A DNA stretch of 64,000 nucleotides, from the NCBI GenBank assembly GCA_964234715.1, contig OZ174278.1, one strand, 5' to 3'. The notes under the pieces are model-generated. The model was not told the DNA's origin. It made no database searches and saw nothing but the letters and a program-made list of their open reading frames with translations. How positions within the stretch are numbered: the stretch's first letter is position 1; each line of letters starts with the position of its first letter. Shown here piece by piece: positions 37,901-62,699 of this stretch. The position numbers were made by a program, and so were the translations under genes. This stretch comes from Podarcis melisellensis (Eukaryota).

Positions 37901-39474
37901 TAGGAGGTTTGTAAACCAGGGGCGAGGGGGGCTTTCAATGGCCCGGCCATGTAATCCTCGGAGGTAATTTCACGCGATTTGCTTCTGCTCCATGGCAGGG
38001 TCAAATGAGAGGGGACGAGAAACGGCTCGCCAAAGGAGGGATCAGGCGGCCGGCGGAGAAGGGGGCGCGGGCGCGCAGGAGAGCCCGGCAGCAGCTGCCT
38101 CCGCCGCTCAGCGCCAAACCCGAGGCGCAGAGAGAGAGAGAGGAAGGGAAGGAGGGAGGGAGGGAGCAGACAGACAGACAGGGAGAGAGACTCGTCGGTG
38201 CGCACACCAAAGCAGCAACGCGGCCCGGACCTGGCTTTCTTTTTTCAAGCCGGAAGCCAAGGCCTTGGCGAGCCGCCGTCCAGGCCTCGTCCCAGTCCCA
38301 GCCCCACCTCGCCTGCAGGAGGGAGGCTTGGACGCCGGGGATCTCGCCCACCGGATCACCAGTCGAGAAGTGATCCGGTGGAAGAGCGCACCATCGCCAC
38401 CATCTCCGCCTGGCAAGCCCACCCCCCAACCTAGGTGGTCCGATGGTGGTCCAGGATACCACCGAGGCTCCCACCCTCTGGTCAAGCACGATCACCCTCC
38501 CTCTCTCTTTCACCTTCTCTGGCTGGAGCAGCGGAGTTGCAGCACCTTCCCTGTCCCTTCCCCCGCCCGCCCGCTTCCCTGGAAATGGCCGTGAGAAGAC
38601 AGCTGCTCGCCTTGACCCAGTAAAGAGGACGCCACATGCAAAGCCAGTGTGCAACATTCGGGATTCCTGTTGCTTTAGGCAGCGGGAAAAAAAAGAGAGG
38701 CGGAGGCGAGTCGCTTGATCTGGTCAGATAAGGAACCAAACCATTTTGGCCATCAAAAGAATGAAACGGCGCAGATGCGCTACCGCCACCCCCTTTTTTG
38801 TACAGAACGATCCTGCGCGCTTTTACTCGGAAGTCAGTCCGGTGTTCCATGAGCATTACTTACAGGGTAGAGGGCACAGCACTGCAGCTTTACAGCACAA
38901 AATTCTGCCCCCCTGGAGGTTTGCTCCCAGTCTAAGTGTGCACAGGATGAGCAGCCTTGCAGTGCCACCCTATGTATGTTTACTCATCAGTCAGTCTCCT
39001 CTGTTGTCATTCCTTGGGAAATGGACATAGGCTACAATCCTACACCCAGAAAACCCCAATGAGCTCAGTGGGATTGAATTCCCAGTAGATCAGGAAAAGA
39101 TTTGTGCTGCCAACCTGTTACCTGCCCACAGCTGTCAGCCTGTGTCTAGGCCAATTTTCCACATCCTGGTGCTCTCCAGATATTCTGGACTACAGCTTCC
39201 ATGAAGGCACCAGGTTGGGAAAGGGGGAGTGTCTTTTAACATTAAAACCAATTTGGGTTAGGGGGGAAATAATCTTGCCTAGAAAGCTTGTGAAAGTAAT
39301 AAAATCTTTTCATTTTTTCCATTTACATACTTTTTTAGGCATCTATCAGACAAATATCTGTAAAGCTGGAGAGTTCAATCAAGTCCTTGGTACGCTAGCC
39401 CTCCCCCACCTTGGTGCTGAAGCACAATTTACTTCCAATGACGCTGCATCTCCAGGTATCTTTTCAAATTCTTC

Positions 39475-40575
39475 ATAAATGTATATATATATATTTTATT
39501 TTCTATGGGTGACACTTTTCCACTTGGTCGCAAGGGAAAGTGAGAGCAATAACAACATTACACAAAAGCACTGTACCGACGTCCTGTCTCTTTTTTCGAC
39601 TCTCTTTCCCTTTCTCTCTCTCTCTCTCTCTCTGGTTTCAGGAACCTCTACAGTTAATAAGTTAAATAAAGGGTTTGTACATAAATATTTGTCTAGGGAC
39701 CCTATGATATCTACAACACAGTAAGAATCTACAGAAATGACAAACTTGTACAAACACTACACGGAGTGCAATTGTTATATAACATTTCAAATATACAAAG
39801 CTCTGGGTTGCTGTGTTTCTTTTTTTTTTGCTTTTTCTTATTTTTTTTAATAACAATGGTATGTACAGAGCATCACAGTTTAGTGACTTCTTTTTTTAAA
39901 ACAGTCCATATTCTAGCACTGTTATTTTTCCCTTTGGTTTGCTATAAAACCCTTGGTTGGTGTGATGATAGGAGGACCCCTCCACACACAGACAAAAAAA
40001 GAAAAGGAAAAGGAAAAGACCAGACTCTCTCCCCGATCCCACCCCGATCCCCCTTTGCCTTATTAAGTGCACCGGTTCGTTTTAACACAGCATCGCATCA
40101 TTGGCTTCCTTTTGGCCTGGCCCAAGCAGCATCCTTGGTTTCGACGTCCTCCCAAAGCTCCTCTTAAGATCGGCCCAGGGTGACAAGACTAGATGTGGCG
40201 AAGGGAGAGAGAGGGGCGTGGGCTGCGCCGCCACGTCGTACCTGCCCACGCGCCCCGCTCCGAAAGGTCCTCTCTCCTTTCTCCTCCTTGGGATGTACTT
40301 GGGTGTTCAAGAAACGGAATGACATTGGGGAAGGGGTGGCGGGTGCGTGGGGTAGTCCCAGCCAAGGAGCTTCTGCTGAATGGCCCGAGGGAAGCATGAA
40401 AAGCAGGAGCCTGGCTTGCTCCGAGTACCGAACCGGAGGAGAAGCTCTCCGCCGCGGATCCTCGGTCTCTCTTTGTATGTGTCTGTCTTGCTTCTCGCTC
40501 TCCCGTTTTGGTCTTGGGTTTCGCTCCTCCGCCAGGCGATCTCTGGCCGGCCTCGCCCCGCCCCGTCGGGGCTGC
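39475..40575 (-). other. ARX: ARX 3' UTR (~1.1 kb)
   Basis: Runs from the stop codon to a minus-strand AATAAA at 39500-39495; distal half is AU-rich. The 3' end is inferred. Confidence 0.65.
39495..39500 (-). terminator. ARX polyadenylation signal (AATAAA)
   Basis: TTTATT on the + strand at the end of the AU-rich UTR block. Confidence 0.6.
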
Positions 40576-52404
<11,829 letters not shown>

Positions 52405-52559
52405 GGCTTGGGCTGGCTGGCCCCTCCCGCGCCGCCGCGCCTGGCCGGGCTCCGGGTGGCGGCGCGTGTGGGCTCCGGGCTCCGGGCTGGGCTGGCACCC
52501 CTCCCCCACCAGGCAACGGCAGCAGCGCCGGCAAAGTCGCCCCTCTTCCTGCCCAGGAC

Positions 52560-52700
52560 ACTGGGAACAAGTGTAGCGCCTGAGCCGCAATAGCTTGGCT
52601 CTTGATTCCCTCTCCTCCACGTGCTGGGAGCCGCGCTCTGATTGGCTCTCTCCAGAGGCTGGGCAGCCTTCGGCTCCCAGCCAAGGGGAAAACGCGGTCC
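52560..52700 (-). promoter_or_regulatory. ARX core promoter / TSS region (TSS ~52575)
   Basis: CCAAT box (ATTGG 52641-52645) and E-box CACGTG (52618-52623) in a CpG island. The following CTACACTTGTT...GTCCTG resembles my recollection of the mammalian ARX 5' UTR start (not aligned). Confidence 0.6.
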
Positions 52701-55700
52701 GGAATCCGGAGAGGGGAGGGGGCAGGGAACGGGAACGGGTTGCTTGACAAAAAGTTGGCAGGCTAACTTTCCCTGCCCAGACCTCGTCCTTGCTGGAGCT
52801 GAAGGACAGGAAGGGATTGGCGAAGGTCATCTCGTTCAACTCCTCTTCCTTGGAAAAGTTTCCTGCCAACTTGACACTTCCAGGGACGATGAGCCCAAAT
52901 AATTCAGACTCTACAGTCTTAACTATATTATATAGGGAACGGAGTCTTAACTATGTCATATATTCGTCCCGATCTTCCCAAATAACTTACTGTTCCATTC
53001 AAGAAACAGCCCTCCTCCCCTAATTTTGTTTTTGTTTTAAAAGTGGGTTGTTGGGCATTATTAAATTAGTGAGGGATTAACGGGATTAATTATTACTGCA
53101 TTCCGTTAGTGCTGATCTTCATCAGTCAGCTCTATAATTTTTGATACAAGTGCTACCTAAATAGAGCACAGAGCACTTCTGTCCTGAACTACTTGGAAGT
53201 AAATCCCACTATGTTCAATAAACCTTACAGTGTGTGTTTAGGATTGCAACATTAATACAGAACGTGTGTGGGAGTATCTGTACATCGAGTGTGTACAGTA
53301 CACACACACGCATTCATTCATGTATAAAAATACAGATCTCTCTCTGTAGCTAGAGAGAAATATCAAAAACACATGAGACTGTTTATCAGAAAAAGTTCGT
53401 TCACTAACAAATTAGTACAGATTAATTTGCAATGGTGGTCCGTGTGGAAACACATTTTGCGTACAAATTTCGATTTATCAAACGATTAAAGTGAATTGGT
53501 ACAGAAAAGCCCATCAGCACGAGCGGGCACGATCATAAGGGAGTTTTCAAAAGGACCTAATAGACTTTCCTCGACCGATTCCTCGTTATTTATTCAATCT
53601 AGGGTCGTTGTTGCTTTGTTTGTTTGCTTGGCTGTTGCTGTTGTAGTGGATCCAGTATACCTTCGAATGCAAACCGACCAAGATCCCAGAAGAATCCTGT
53701 ATTTGCCTTCAGAGTGAAGACAGGTCTGTGGCAGATCAGGGATTTGACTGGAATGAAATGGGACCAGACGAGATCAAAAGGATTCTGAGTGGCTGGGACT
53801 GAGTCAAAGGCTGAAAGCCTCGCCTGAAGCCGGGAAGGTTTGGCCGGCTGCGAATGCGATGGCATTAAACCCGGGACTATCCTCCAGCAGCCTCTCTCTT
53901 TTGAAACCAAGCGGGCTAAGGATGCTTTGATGCTTCCACTGGCACCGGCCTCCTCCAACAAGAGGATAAAAGTGCCAGGTATCTGATCCTTCCCAACGAT
54001 GGTGGCCGTCCCTAAACCACCCTGATTTCTAGATCCATTTCATTGTCGTTGTTTCTACTTCGAACAAGTATTTTGTCAGGGAGAATTTTCCCCTAGTGTT
54101 AAAGCTCGTTCAAGACTGGGGAATAACCCCACGTTGGCATCAGTGGGCCTTCTTTGGCAGGCAGATGCGGATGTGTAACCGTCGGAGGACCGGGATCGGG
54201 GCCCAAGACCGCCGTGTGCTCCGTTCTGCTGCTTTTGGAATACAAGATTCCCCACTGCTCTGCGAAGGCAGCGTGAACTGCGGAGGGAGAGCGAGGCAGC
54301 AAATAATGGTTACTTTTAAAAAACAAAAAAACAAAAATCCCGGTTTTGGACAAGGGGAATACTCCAGGCCTGATTTTCTTTCTGCTCAACTTTCCTCGTT
54401 TGAACGTGTCAAAGAAATTTACAAAGGCATCTACTTGAATCGCTTACACTGGGTATTTAAAAATACAAGGATTTATAATTGGGATCTCTCTCTCCCTCTG
54501 TCTCTCTCAAACTGTAATAAACATCTGGATAACTCTTTCAAATGCTAATGTGCCATCGACGTTCCGGAGCTGCCTTGGCAGAAGCGTTTCATCCGCCACT
54601 GGAGACGGAGGGAAAAAGGGGCTGGGAAGCGGAGCGGGGCGCCTGCTCCCGGAGGGGGGGAGCCTCCGCGCAGGAGGGTCGTCCCACAACGGGGCCCGGC
54701 TCTCGCAGCTCGCCTCGCCCCCGTTGCTTTTGCCCCCGTCCCACTTCTCCCCCTCACAGCGCGGCACTTGCTGTAGAAAGGAGAAACCAAACAGGCTTTC
54801 CCTCTGCTTGAGACGGCCCCCCTCTTCTCTCGCCCTGGGAAAGGCAGAGTTTTAAGAAGACCATGAGGATGGGGAGCAGTTAAAGAAACACGAGACCGCC
54901 CTTCGTCTTAGTCTCTCGCCATCCTGGTCTTCCCACCCAAACGCACCCGAACAAAAAGCAATCAATGAATAAAATAAGGTTGATTTTACTGCTTCAAGAC
55001 TGGGGTGGGAGAGGAGGTCTTTATTAGCAGGAATAGTGTTTACGTTTTTTAAGGAGCAGCAGCAACAATGCTGATGCGGATGATGATAATACCAACCACA
55101 AGAGCAACAGCCACAATCGGAGTTAATCCCACCTGCCTTTCTCAAGTCTAGAGAAAGAGGTCAAATGGGGGCGCGGAGAGGAGGGCTAAGTCAGAGGATG
55201 GGACTGGAAGAGCCAAATCCACCCGGAAGAGCCAAATCCATCCATCCGATCGCGACTTAGAGAGGGAATTTTATTGTTGTGGCCAACCCAAGAAACCAAC
55301 CGAGGTACCTGGCCACCTATTGGAAGGGCAGGGAAAGCCCCGACCGAGCAATTCCCGCAGCAGGTTGTGCCTCTCTCCGCCTGCGCCTCCACCAGCCCCG
55401 AAAAATGCCCCAACCAAGCCAGGCAGAGGAGCACTTATGCTGGTTGGCGTCGCCACTTTAGCTCCGATGCGACACCCTCCCTCTTTCCCTCCTCCTCTGT
55501 GTTGGGTTCGCCTTTTCCTTGGCACAAACCCGCCCGAGTGGTGTAGTGCTGTGTCGGAGAGGGAAAGTCCCGGCCTTCCCTCAAGCCCCGCTTTGCCCGG
55601 AGATGCTCTGTCCCACGGGGCGACTTCCAGGTCTCGTTTGGCTGGGCGACGGTGGGCACAACACGTCTTCTTGGCTCACAGCCACCCGCTTCTCCCCCTG

Positions 55701-56117
55701 AGTCTTAGGCAGACTGGGGAGAAATCGTGATCTCGCAACCTGGGGAGACTCGCTCCTCGGCTTTCACTCGCCCCTTTTATTCAGATGCGAAAGCTACTTG
55801 GACGGAGAGACCCGAAAGTCCCTGCCAGGGGCTCTCCACAATGCCTTCAGCCTTTGAGCTCCTCCGAGGTCGATTTAAACAAATAAATTGCAGTTGAGCT
55901 GCAGGTCTGGGTAACCTTAAGCAGCGCTTCCACTCCCTTTTCGAAGGGAGCCTAAAACAAAAAAATAAGAACACCCAAGCAAAATATACCTCGCTCTGTT
56001 TGACCGTTTTTAAAGGAACCACGGTTGTAGTAAGAGAGCGAGAAAGCATAGTTGGAAAGTCGTGCGCTCTTCTCTTCTCAAGACCAACAAGGTTCTCAAC
56101 TCAAATCAGCCAAACTA

Positions 56118-56119
<2 letters not shown>

Positions 56120-56153
<34 letters not shown>
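56120..56153. repeat. (GT)17 microsatellite
   Basis: Direct reading. Confidence 0.97.
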
Positions 56154-56154
<1 letters not shown>

Positions 56155-58224
56155 GGTACAAAACTGACGTCGTTTGCACCGGGTTTGCTCTCCGCAGAGA
56201 CGAAGCAACCGTTTGCATGCCACTAATAAATGGATGGCTTTTCTGCGTAAGTAGGACTGGGTGTGGCACTTGATCTGGCATGGACTTTTTAAAGCGCCCC
56301 TCCACCCCAAATCTGTCTATGGGACTTTTGCTCCCTCTCCCCGGACCCATTTCTTCTTGGGGAAGGGTAGCTAAGCCCCATGACCCCTAGTGGGGTTTCC
56401 CTCCAAATCCTTCCCCGGCTTGGTTCCCGCCAGAAGGGCGAGCAAGCTTTTTGCCGCCCAGATCCTCCGTTCCCCAGGCCTCCTCTCCCCACCCCACGCC
56501 TTGCCAACTTCGATGCCCCATCGGAACAAGCGGGGTCCAGTTGCCCCTGGCCCTGGTCCCGGCGGCACAGAGGCCGAGGGGGATTCTTGCCTGCTGTCTG
56601 CACCACCGATCTCGCCTCCGCGCGCCTTTGCGTTTCCTTGGCTCTTCTTTTGTCTCTCCCCCTTCTCTCCTTAGCCTTTTAAATAAAAACAAACTTCCCT
56701 TCATTGCTGGTCTCCCTTTCCTTGTTCCCTCCTGCAACCTGCTAATTTCACACCGGAGCGCCCTTGTTTCCGGGCTCGGGGGAAGCGAGGGAGAGAGAGA
56801 AAAAAACAATAGTGCAATGATCCAAAATGATACAGTCGAATTATAGCAATTAGAGTTCTACTTGGAGGAGAAAACCTTGCTGAGATCAGCCAAACAAACG
56901 GATGCCTTGTAAGGATAACAAGTTTTGGGGAGTGACAGGCAGCGCTGAGAAAGGCAGCAGGGCGCCCGCCGGCCCGTTTCCTTCACCCCCCCAGCTCCAC
57001 TTTCCTCTTCCTTCCAATCTGCCGGGATTCACCTCCTGGAATGGGGCTTCCCACTTCAGCTCCCCCCTAATATGCACACAGGAGGCAGGGAAACGGGATC
57101 CCTTCTTCTCTCCTCCCTTCCACCCTTCTTCTCTCCCACCCTCCTCTCCCGTTGTACGTGGCAGGACGCCCCTGCTGCACCGCGAAAAGGCTGACAAACG
57201 AGGCGAACATCCGTGCGCCTCGCTCTCCCGCGGGGCCAGGATGTGTCCGGGCGGGCCGCGGAAAAGCAGCGGCGTGGAAAGTCAAGCCTCGGCTGGGCCC
57301 AAGCATGTCAGTGATACGCAGTGGCATAGATTACCTTGCAAGTTGCAAGCCCAACTATGCACCCCCCCTATCCATCTAGCGACCGATCTCTCACTTCTAT
57401 CGCAATGCGCTTCACAGCAAACGGATTCTGGGCTAGTGGGGGGAGCCTTCGTGATTTCAATGCGGTTTTAGACAGGCCTCTCTTGTCGGATGGTGAGAAG
57501 AAGCGAAGCCTGAACTTTGAGTTAGGCTAGACCTCTCCACGGCTTGCCTCTGGAATAGGTTGGGTCGAAACCTGGGGGGCTTCCAGGGAAAGTTGGGTGG
57601 TGCTGAGCTCTGATCAAAAAGCTCTGCAAACCGTCGGAAGTCGTAACCGACTGAGGACTGCTTGCTTCCGTAGGATTGCAGCATGATAGATCCAGGTCAA
57701 GTGCGCAGCAGGTCTCAGCTTGACATCCCCGGCTCCGGTGGGAGTTCCCTTTCCGCCTGGGAAAGTATTTGCCCGTTGGCTCCTTGGACCAAGTCGGAAG
57801 GGGTGGCGATGCCGTTGGGAATGTCAGGCCTTGGGGTACCTCGGAGCGCCCATCCTACTTGACGATGTACGGACTGCTGTCGGAGACGAGGAAGAGAACG
57901 GGCTCCCCTGGAGTACCGAGTGGACCGGATGCCTGAGCTATAGGTGTTTCCAGGCCCCTCGTTTACACCAGGGGCATGGAGGGTGGCAGTGGAGCGAAGG
58001 AAAGGAGAGGGATGTAGCCGGGGTGCCAATGGCTTTGCAGTTGTAAGAGGGATCAACAAAGTCCACGTGCAGAGGGAGGGGTGTTATGACTCCGGAATGG
58101 TACCGGACTGCTTTTCCTCCTTAATTCCAAACACATCTGTCCACTCTAAACAAGACAGGAGTATGCCTGCTTGCCATTCTCAGTGCAGCCCAGTCCCTTG
58201 CCATACCACTTTACGCACCAGAAC

Positions 58225-58337
58225 CATGGGCGTAGCCACGGGGGAGGCAAGGAGGGGCGCTGCCCCCCAAAATTAAAAAACCAATAAAAATACATAGCAA
58301 ACTGAGGTTCTGCCCCCCCATCCTGGCTACGCCCATT
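58225..58337. mobile_element. hAT-like MITE
   Basis: TIR ATGGGCGTAGCCA / TGGCTACGCCCAT; degenerate 8-bp TSD ACCAGAAC / ACCAAATC. Confidence 0.7.
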
Positions 58338-59026
58338 ACCAAATCCATGATCTGTCCAATTTAAGCATCGTTATTCCACTCAATACATTTTCATTTCTCG
58401 CTCGTTCCAACCCGAGCAATCTCAGACAATTGTCACTCCATTCTAGACACTTTTATGCCGGGATCTTTCCTCGCTGCTTTGCTGCGGTTTTAGTCTTCGG
58501 GGCGCTTGCCTTCCTCTCCGAGCTTTTCAGTGGGATCAAACAGGCCCGCAGTTTAACACGGGGGCCGTTCCATTAAGCCTCCATTTCCGTGTCGCTTTGC
58601 GCTTGCCTGGATCAACTTTATTACCCGTGTTCGCTTCTAATACGGAATGGAAAACACCTTTGGGGACCTTTTCCGTGGTCCAGTTTTTAGAGGTCCGGGC
58701 GTTTCTTAGATGCACGCATAGAAAGGGCCCACGCGCATCCCTCGCGATTTCATTGCAACGCCGCTCTTTTATGTAGCCACTGCAAATGTTCCAGTTTCTT
58801 TCATGTTCGTTAATTTTTCCTAGCATCTCGTTTAGTATCAACTCCCTTCCTCCCCAGCCCACGTGCCCTTTTTAGAAAGCCCAAACAATATTCCATATTG
58901 TGCTTCTGCTGAAACTAAGAGCTGGGGATCGTCTGTAAATCACGTGTCAATTGCCCTCCTGCAGGACCGGGGGCACTGGTGACTCCCCAGCGCCTGCTTC
59001 CGTCGATTTCGGCCGGGAGGAGATAT

Positions 59027-59045
59027 GTTCGCCCTCTAGTGGACG
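59027..59045 (-). promoter_or_regulatory. CTCF-type binding motif
   Basis: Minus strand reads GTCCACTAGAGGGCGAAC, matching the CCASYAGRKGGCR core. Confidence 0.6.
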
Positions 59046-60923
59046 CGCAGAACTCCAACCTTTCAATCTTGTCGCGCTCTTATAGGACGGAAGTAAACCC
59101 GGTGGCTTTGTCTGGAGAAAGAATAAAAGGCAGGAGATGAGACAGAAACCACTTTTAACATGTCTATTAGGCTGCTTGCTTGCCTAAGGGTTGCCGTGTC
59201 AGTTCGAGTGGATGAGGATAAGGCAGGTTCAGATCCCTGCTTCTACATAAAGCTGATCTAATATTTCACTTTAACCTCCCCAAACGCTAGTAGTGAGAGT
59301 GAGATGTAGTTTGTTGCAGGAAAGCTAATGATCAAATTATGTCTCAAGTAAGGCTGCCATCTCTTTTACTGAAATCAAGGAATTCCATATTTTCTAATTT
59401 GTTTGTTTCATATTAACCATTGTGATATAGCTGCATTATAACAATGCAGGAGTCACTCCAAGAAAATGTTTGATTTCCTCCAGGAGCCCTACATTGCCAT
59501 TCCCGGCTAAAACCTCCTCCTAGACGCAGCAGGTCTTTCCGTGGAGGAACAGGCAAGGAATAACTGCTTCTGAAGAAGGGGGGGTATAGAACCCAAATGT
59601 GTTGGGCTCATTTCAATTAACTGTTTCCTAGCACCTATTGAAGCCGTCTGTTTTCTGGTCTTTGGTGGTAACTCACCCACCCTAGTTAATGTTCAGAATT
59701 ATCCTCTCTAAATCAATGGAAGCAACTCCTACCCAGAATTTCTATGCAGAATTTCTATGCAGTGAGGGAGGGAAATACAAGACAGTATTGAATGCAGTCT
59801 GTGAACACTCCATATATATGGCCAGTTCACTCATTCTACATGTTGAATTACCATTGTTATAAACAATTTAGCTGGTGTTTTATGTGCTTGCTTAAGGTCT
59901 TAAAGGTGATTGGGCTGTGGGGGAGATGATATTGCTCTGGTTCTTACAAGGTATAAGGTGTAGCTACAACGAACACTTAAAATGCACTGTTTCATTTTAA
60001 TTTCATTTTGAAATTTAATGCTGATTCTGCCCAAGCCTGGGGTTTTGAACCTTGCTGTTAATTTTAGCCCCATTCTCCAAACTGGCTTGTGACTGGCAAC
60101 AGTTGTCCCTTCATGTAGTTTATGTTCTATGGGGCTTGAGGTACCAGATGTAATAGAATTGGGCTTGGCTAGCAATGGCAGATTTGTCTGGGGGAGGGCC
60201 AGAAGTTGCACATTTGAATATTAGTACTAGAGATCTCATCTCAAACTTGGGGGGGGGGGAGGCCAGTGTTTGTGCTACCTCTAGCTCTTTAAACAAAGAG
60301 CAAAAAATTGTGGGGAGACATAAAGGAGGAGAGGGATTTTTGGTTTCTAAAGAGCTAAAGGAGGGTCTAGAGGTGGACCAAGAAATTAAATGGAAAAGGA
60401 CATGGAGAGAACACAAGTCTCTGGAAAACAGGCACTGAAAAAGAAGCATTTGATATGCCTTCGCATCTCAAACGTTTTTGAAGACAGGTTTATTTCCATC
60501 TCTATGGTGAGCTAATTGTATAATAGACCAAGTAATTATATAATTTATTTCCTATTCCTGTTTTAAATATCTCAAGGAATTGGGATGCTGCCTTTGGGGA
60601 GAGTGCAAAGAGTAAGGCATAAAGGTTATAGCTAATGAGCTATCTGTAATGAAACACTGTTTGTGTTTGTGTGTGTGTGTGAGGTTACAAGTCTTAAACA
60701 TGGTTCCCAATGGTGCAAGTAAGCCTGAAAAAGAAATGAGTAGATTTACTGTTATGTTGCCTGAGGTATACTTTCTTGATAAATCCTTGGATCTCAAAAC
60801 AGAGTTTCCCAGGAAAATCCACCATAGGTAATAAGTTGATGAAAACATGTATTACATTGCTTGCAATACTAAGGCATCATTCAAACTGTGGTCCTTATAA
60901 AACAACCTGGTATGGGGCCATAA

Positions 60924-61287
60924 TGGGACACGGGTGGCACTGTGGACTAAACCACTGAGCCTAGGGCTTGCCGATAGGAAGGTCGACGGTTCGAATCCCC
61001 ATGACGGGGTGAGCTCCCGTTGTTCGGTCCCTGCTCCTGCCCACCTAGCAGTTCGAAAGCACATCAAAGTGCAAGTAGATAAACAGGTACTATTCCGGCG
61101 GGAAGGTAAACGGCGTTTCCATGCGCTGCTCTGGTTTCGCCAGAAGCGGCTTAGTCATGCTGGCCACATGACCCGGAAAAACTGTCTGCAGACAAATGTC
61201 AGCTCCCTCGGCCAGTAAAGCGAAATGAGTGCCACAACCCAGAGTCATTCGCGACTGGAGTTAACTGTCAGGGGTCCTTGACCTTTT
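60924..61287 (+). mobile_element. Full-length Sauria SINE
   Basis: GGGACACGGGTGGCACTGTGG head, B box GGTTCGAATCC, ACCTTT tail; perfect 13-bp TSD TATGGGGCCATAA at 60911-60923 and 61288-61300. Confidence 0.93.
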
Positions 61288-61928
61288 TATGGGGCCATAA
61301 CAGCTTCATAAGAGCTAGTCCCCTTTCTAGTCATTTTGAACATCTTCAAATGGGAGAGAGCGAAGGTGTGTTTGCCATGCTGGCTGGAGAGTTGGAATCC
61401 AATAACCTCTGGAAGGCCACAGGTTAGACACACCTGCTTGTAGACAGCTCCCTCACATTACTGCAACCTTTCCCCATTTGACTGTTACATGTTACATTGA
61501 CCAATATAAAGTACAGCTGTTATTAACTGTCTCTTTGAGTTTATTTCCCCTCTTGACATTGTTTTGATCTTCTTTAAGACAACCAATTTAAAAGGAAAAA
61601 TCTGTTGTGTTGGAGATATTGTGAGAAATATTAATATGTAGATATTGGAGATATTGTGGGAAATATTAATGTAAAAAGTAAGGTTCCCCCACTCCATCCT
61701 CCAGATTCAGGAGGTGTGATTCAAGTTTATATTAGTAGAAAATGGAGTTACAGAGGTTGCAATTGATGTTCCCATGAAAATACTTTCCTAGATGATGAAG
61801 ATGAGAAGTCATAGTATTAATAATAGTATTAGTAGTATTTCCGACCCACCCTTCACCATAAGGGCTGGTTACAACAATTTTAAAATACAATGTTAAAAAT
61901 AGTTAAAACAAATTATACTGCTTGAATG

Positions 61929-62299
61929 CAGGGCTGGCCCAAGACATGTTGGCACTAAGGCAAACCACAAAATGGTGCCCTTCTAGGGAAGAATGGTGAG
62001 TGGAGATTTATATCAGCAACAAGGGGGGAGAGCAATAAAGACTTACATCAGGAGCAAGTGTGGGAGGAGACCAGCAGTTTTTCCTATTTGCCAAGTGGCC
62101 ACTGTAGAGGCAGCATGGGGAGAGGGGAGGCTGCTGAGGAGGCAGCAGATCTGACCTCTAAGGAGCGCTACACAGCTGTTGCTGCTACCCCACTAGCAGC
62201 AGTGGGTGATGCATTATTTGGAGGCCCAATCTGCAGCCCTTGTGGATCCTGAGGCCTGAGGTGGTCACCTCAACTTGCCTCATGGGTGAGCCGGCCCTG
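61929..62299. mobile_element. hAT-like non-autonomous element
   Basis: TIR CAGGGCTGGC / GCCGGCCCTG; 8-bp TSD CTTGAATG / CTTCAATG. Confidence 0.75.
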
Positions 62300-62699
62300 C
62301 TTCAATGTCAGATACTTTAGATTGCGGTCCTGTAAACACTTACTTGGGGATAAGTCCTACTGAATTAAATGGGCTTACTTCTGAGTAGACATTCATAGGA
62401 TTTCACTGTTAGCGGATGGCCTAAAGTAAACTACCCTACGAGAGATATATCAACGTTGAATTACCCACAGGCTCAGCTTTCTCCTTTCCAAACTATGTTC
62501 TTTACATGGCTCTTCTGTGACCTATTGCATCACCTTCCAAATCCTTTTTGCTTTAAGCTTCTTTATAACACTACTTCTGATCTCCATTTACTCTTGATAT
62601 TGTTCCCTGCACTCTCTTGACAATTCCTGGGTCTTTGTCTGCTTTCTTTGTAGCTGTCATATTTATCTCTCATATGTTTGTGATAGGGGAATTTTTTAC

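Noticed and set aside
37900-38856. 100-218 aa ORFs in the 3' CpG island
   Set aside because: Overlapping in many frames, low complexity, no recognisable domain; expected from GC content.
38905-38919. CTCF-like CTGCCCCCCTGGAGG at the 3' CpG-island edge
   Set aside because: One extra base in the core relative to consensus; a weak match.
52915-59762. Short direct repeats (AGTCTTAACTAT x2 at ~52915/52942; GGAAGAGCCAAATCCA x2 at ~55206/55225; CAGAATTTCTATG x2 at ~59734)
   Set aside because: Ordinary local slippage duplications with no further structure.
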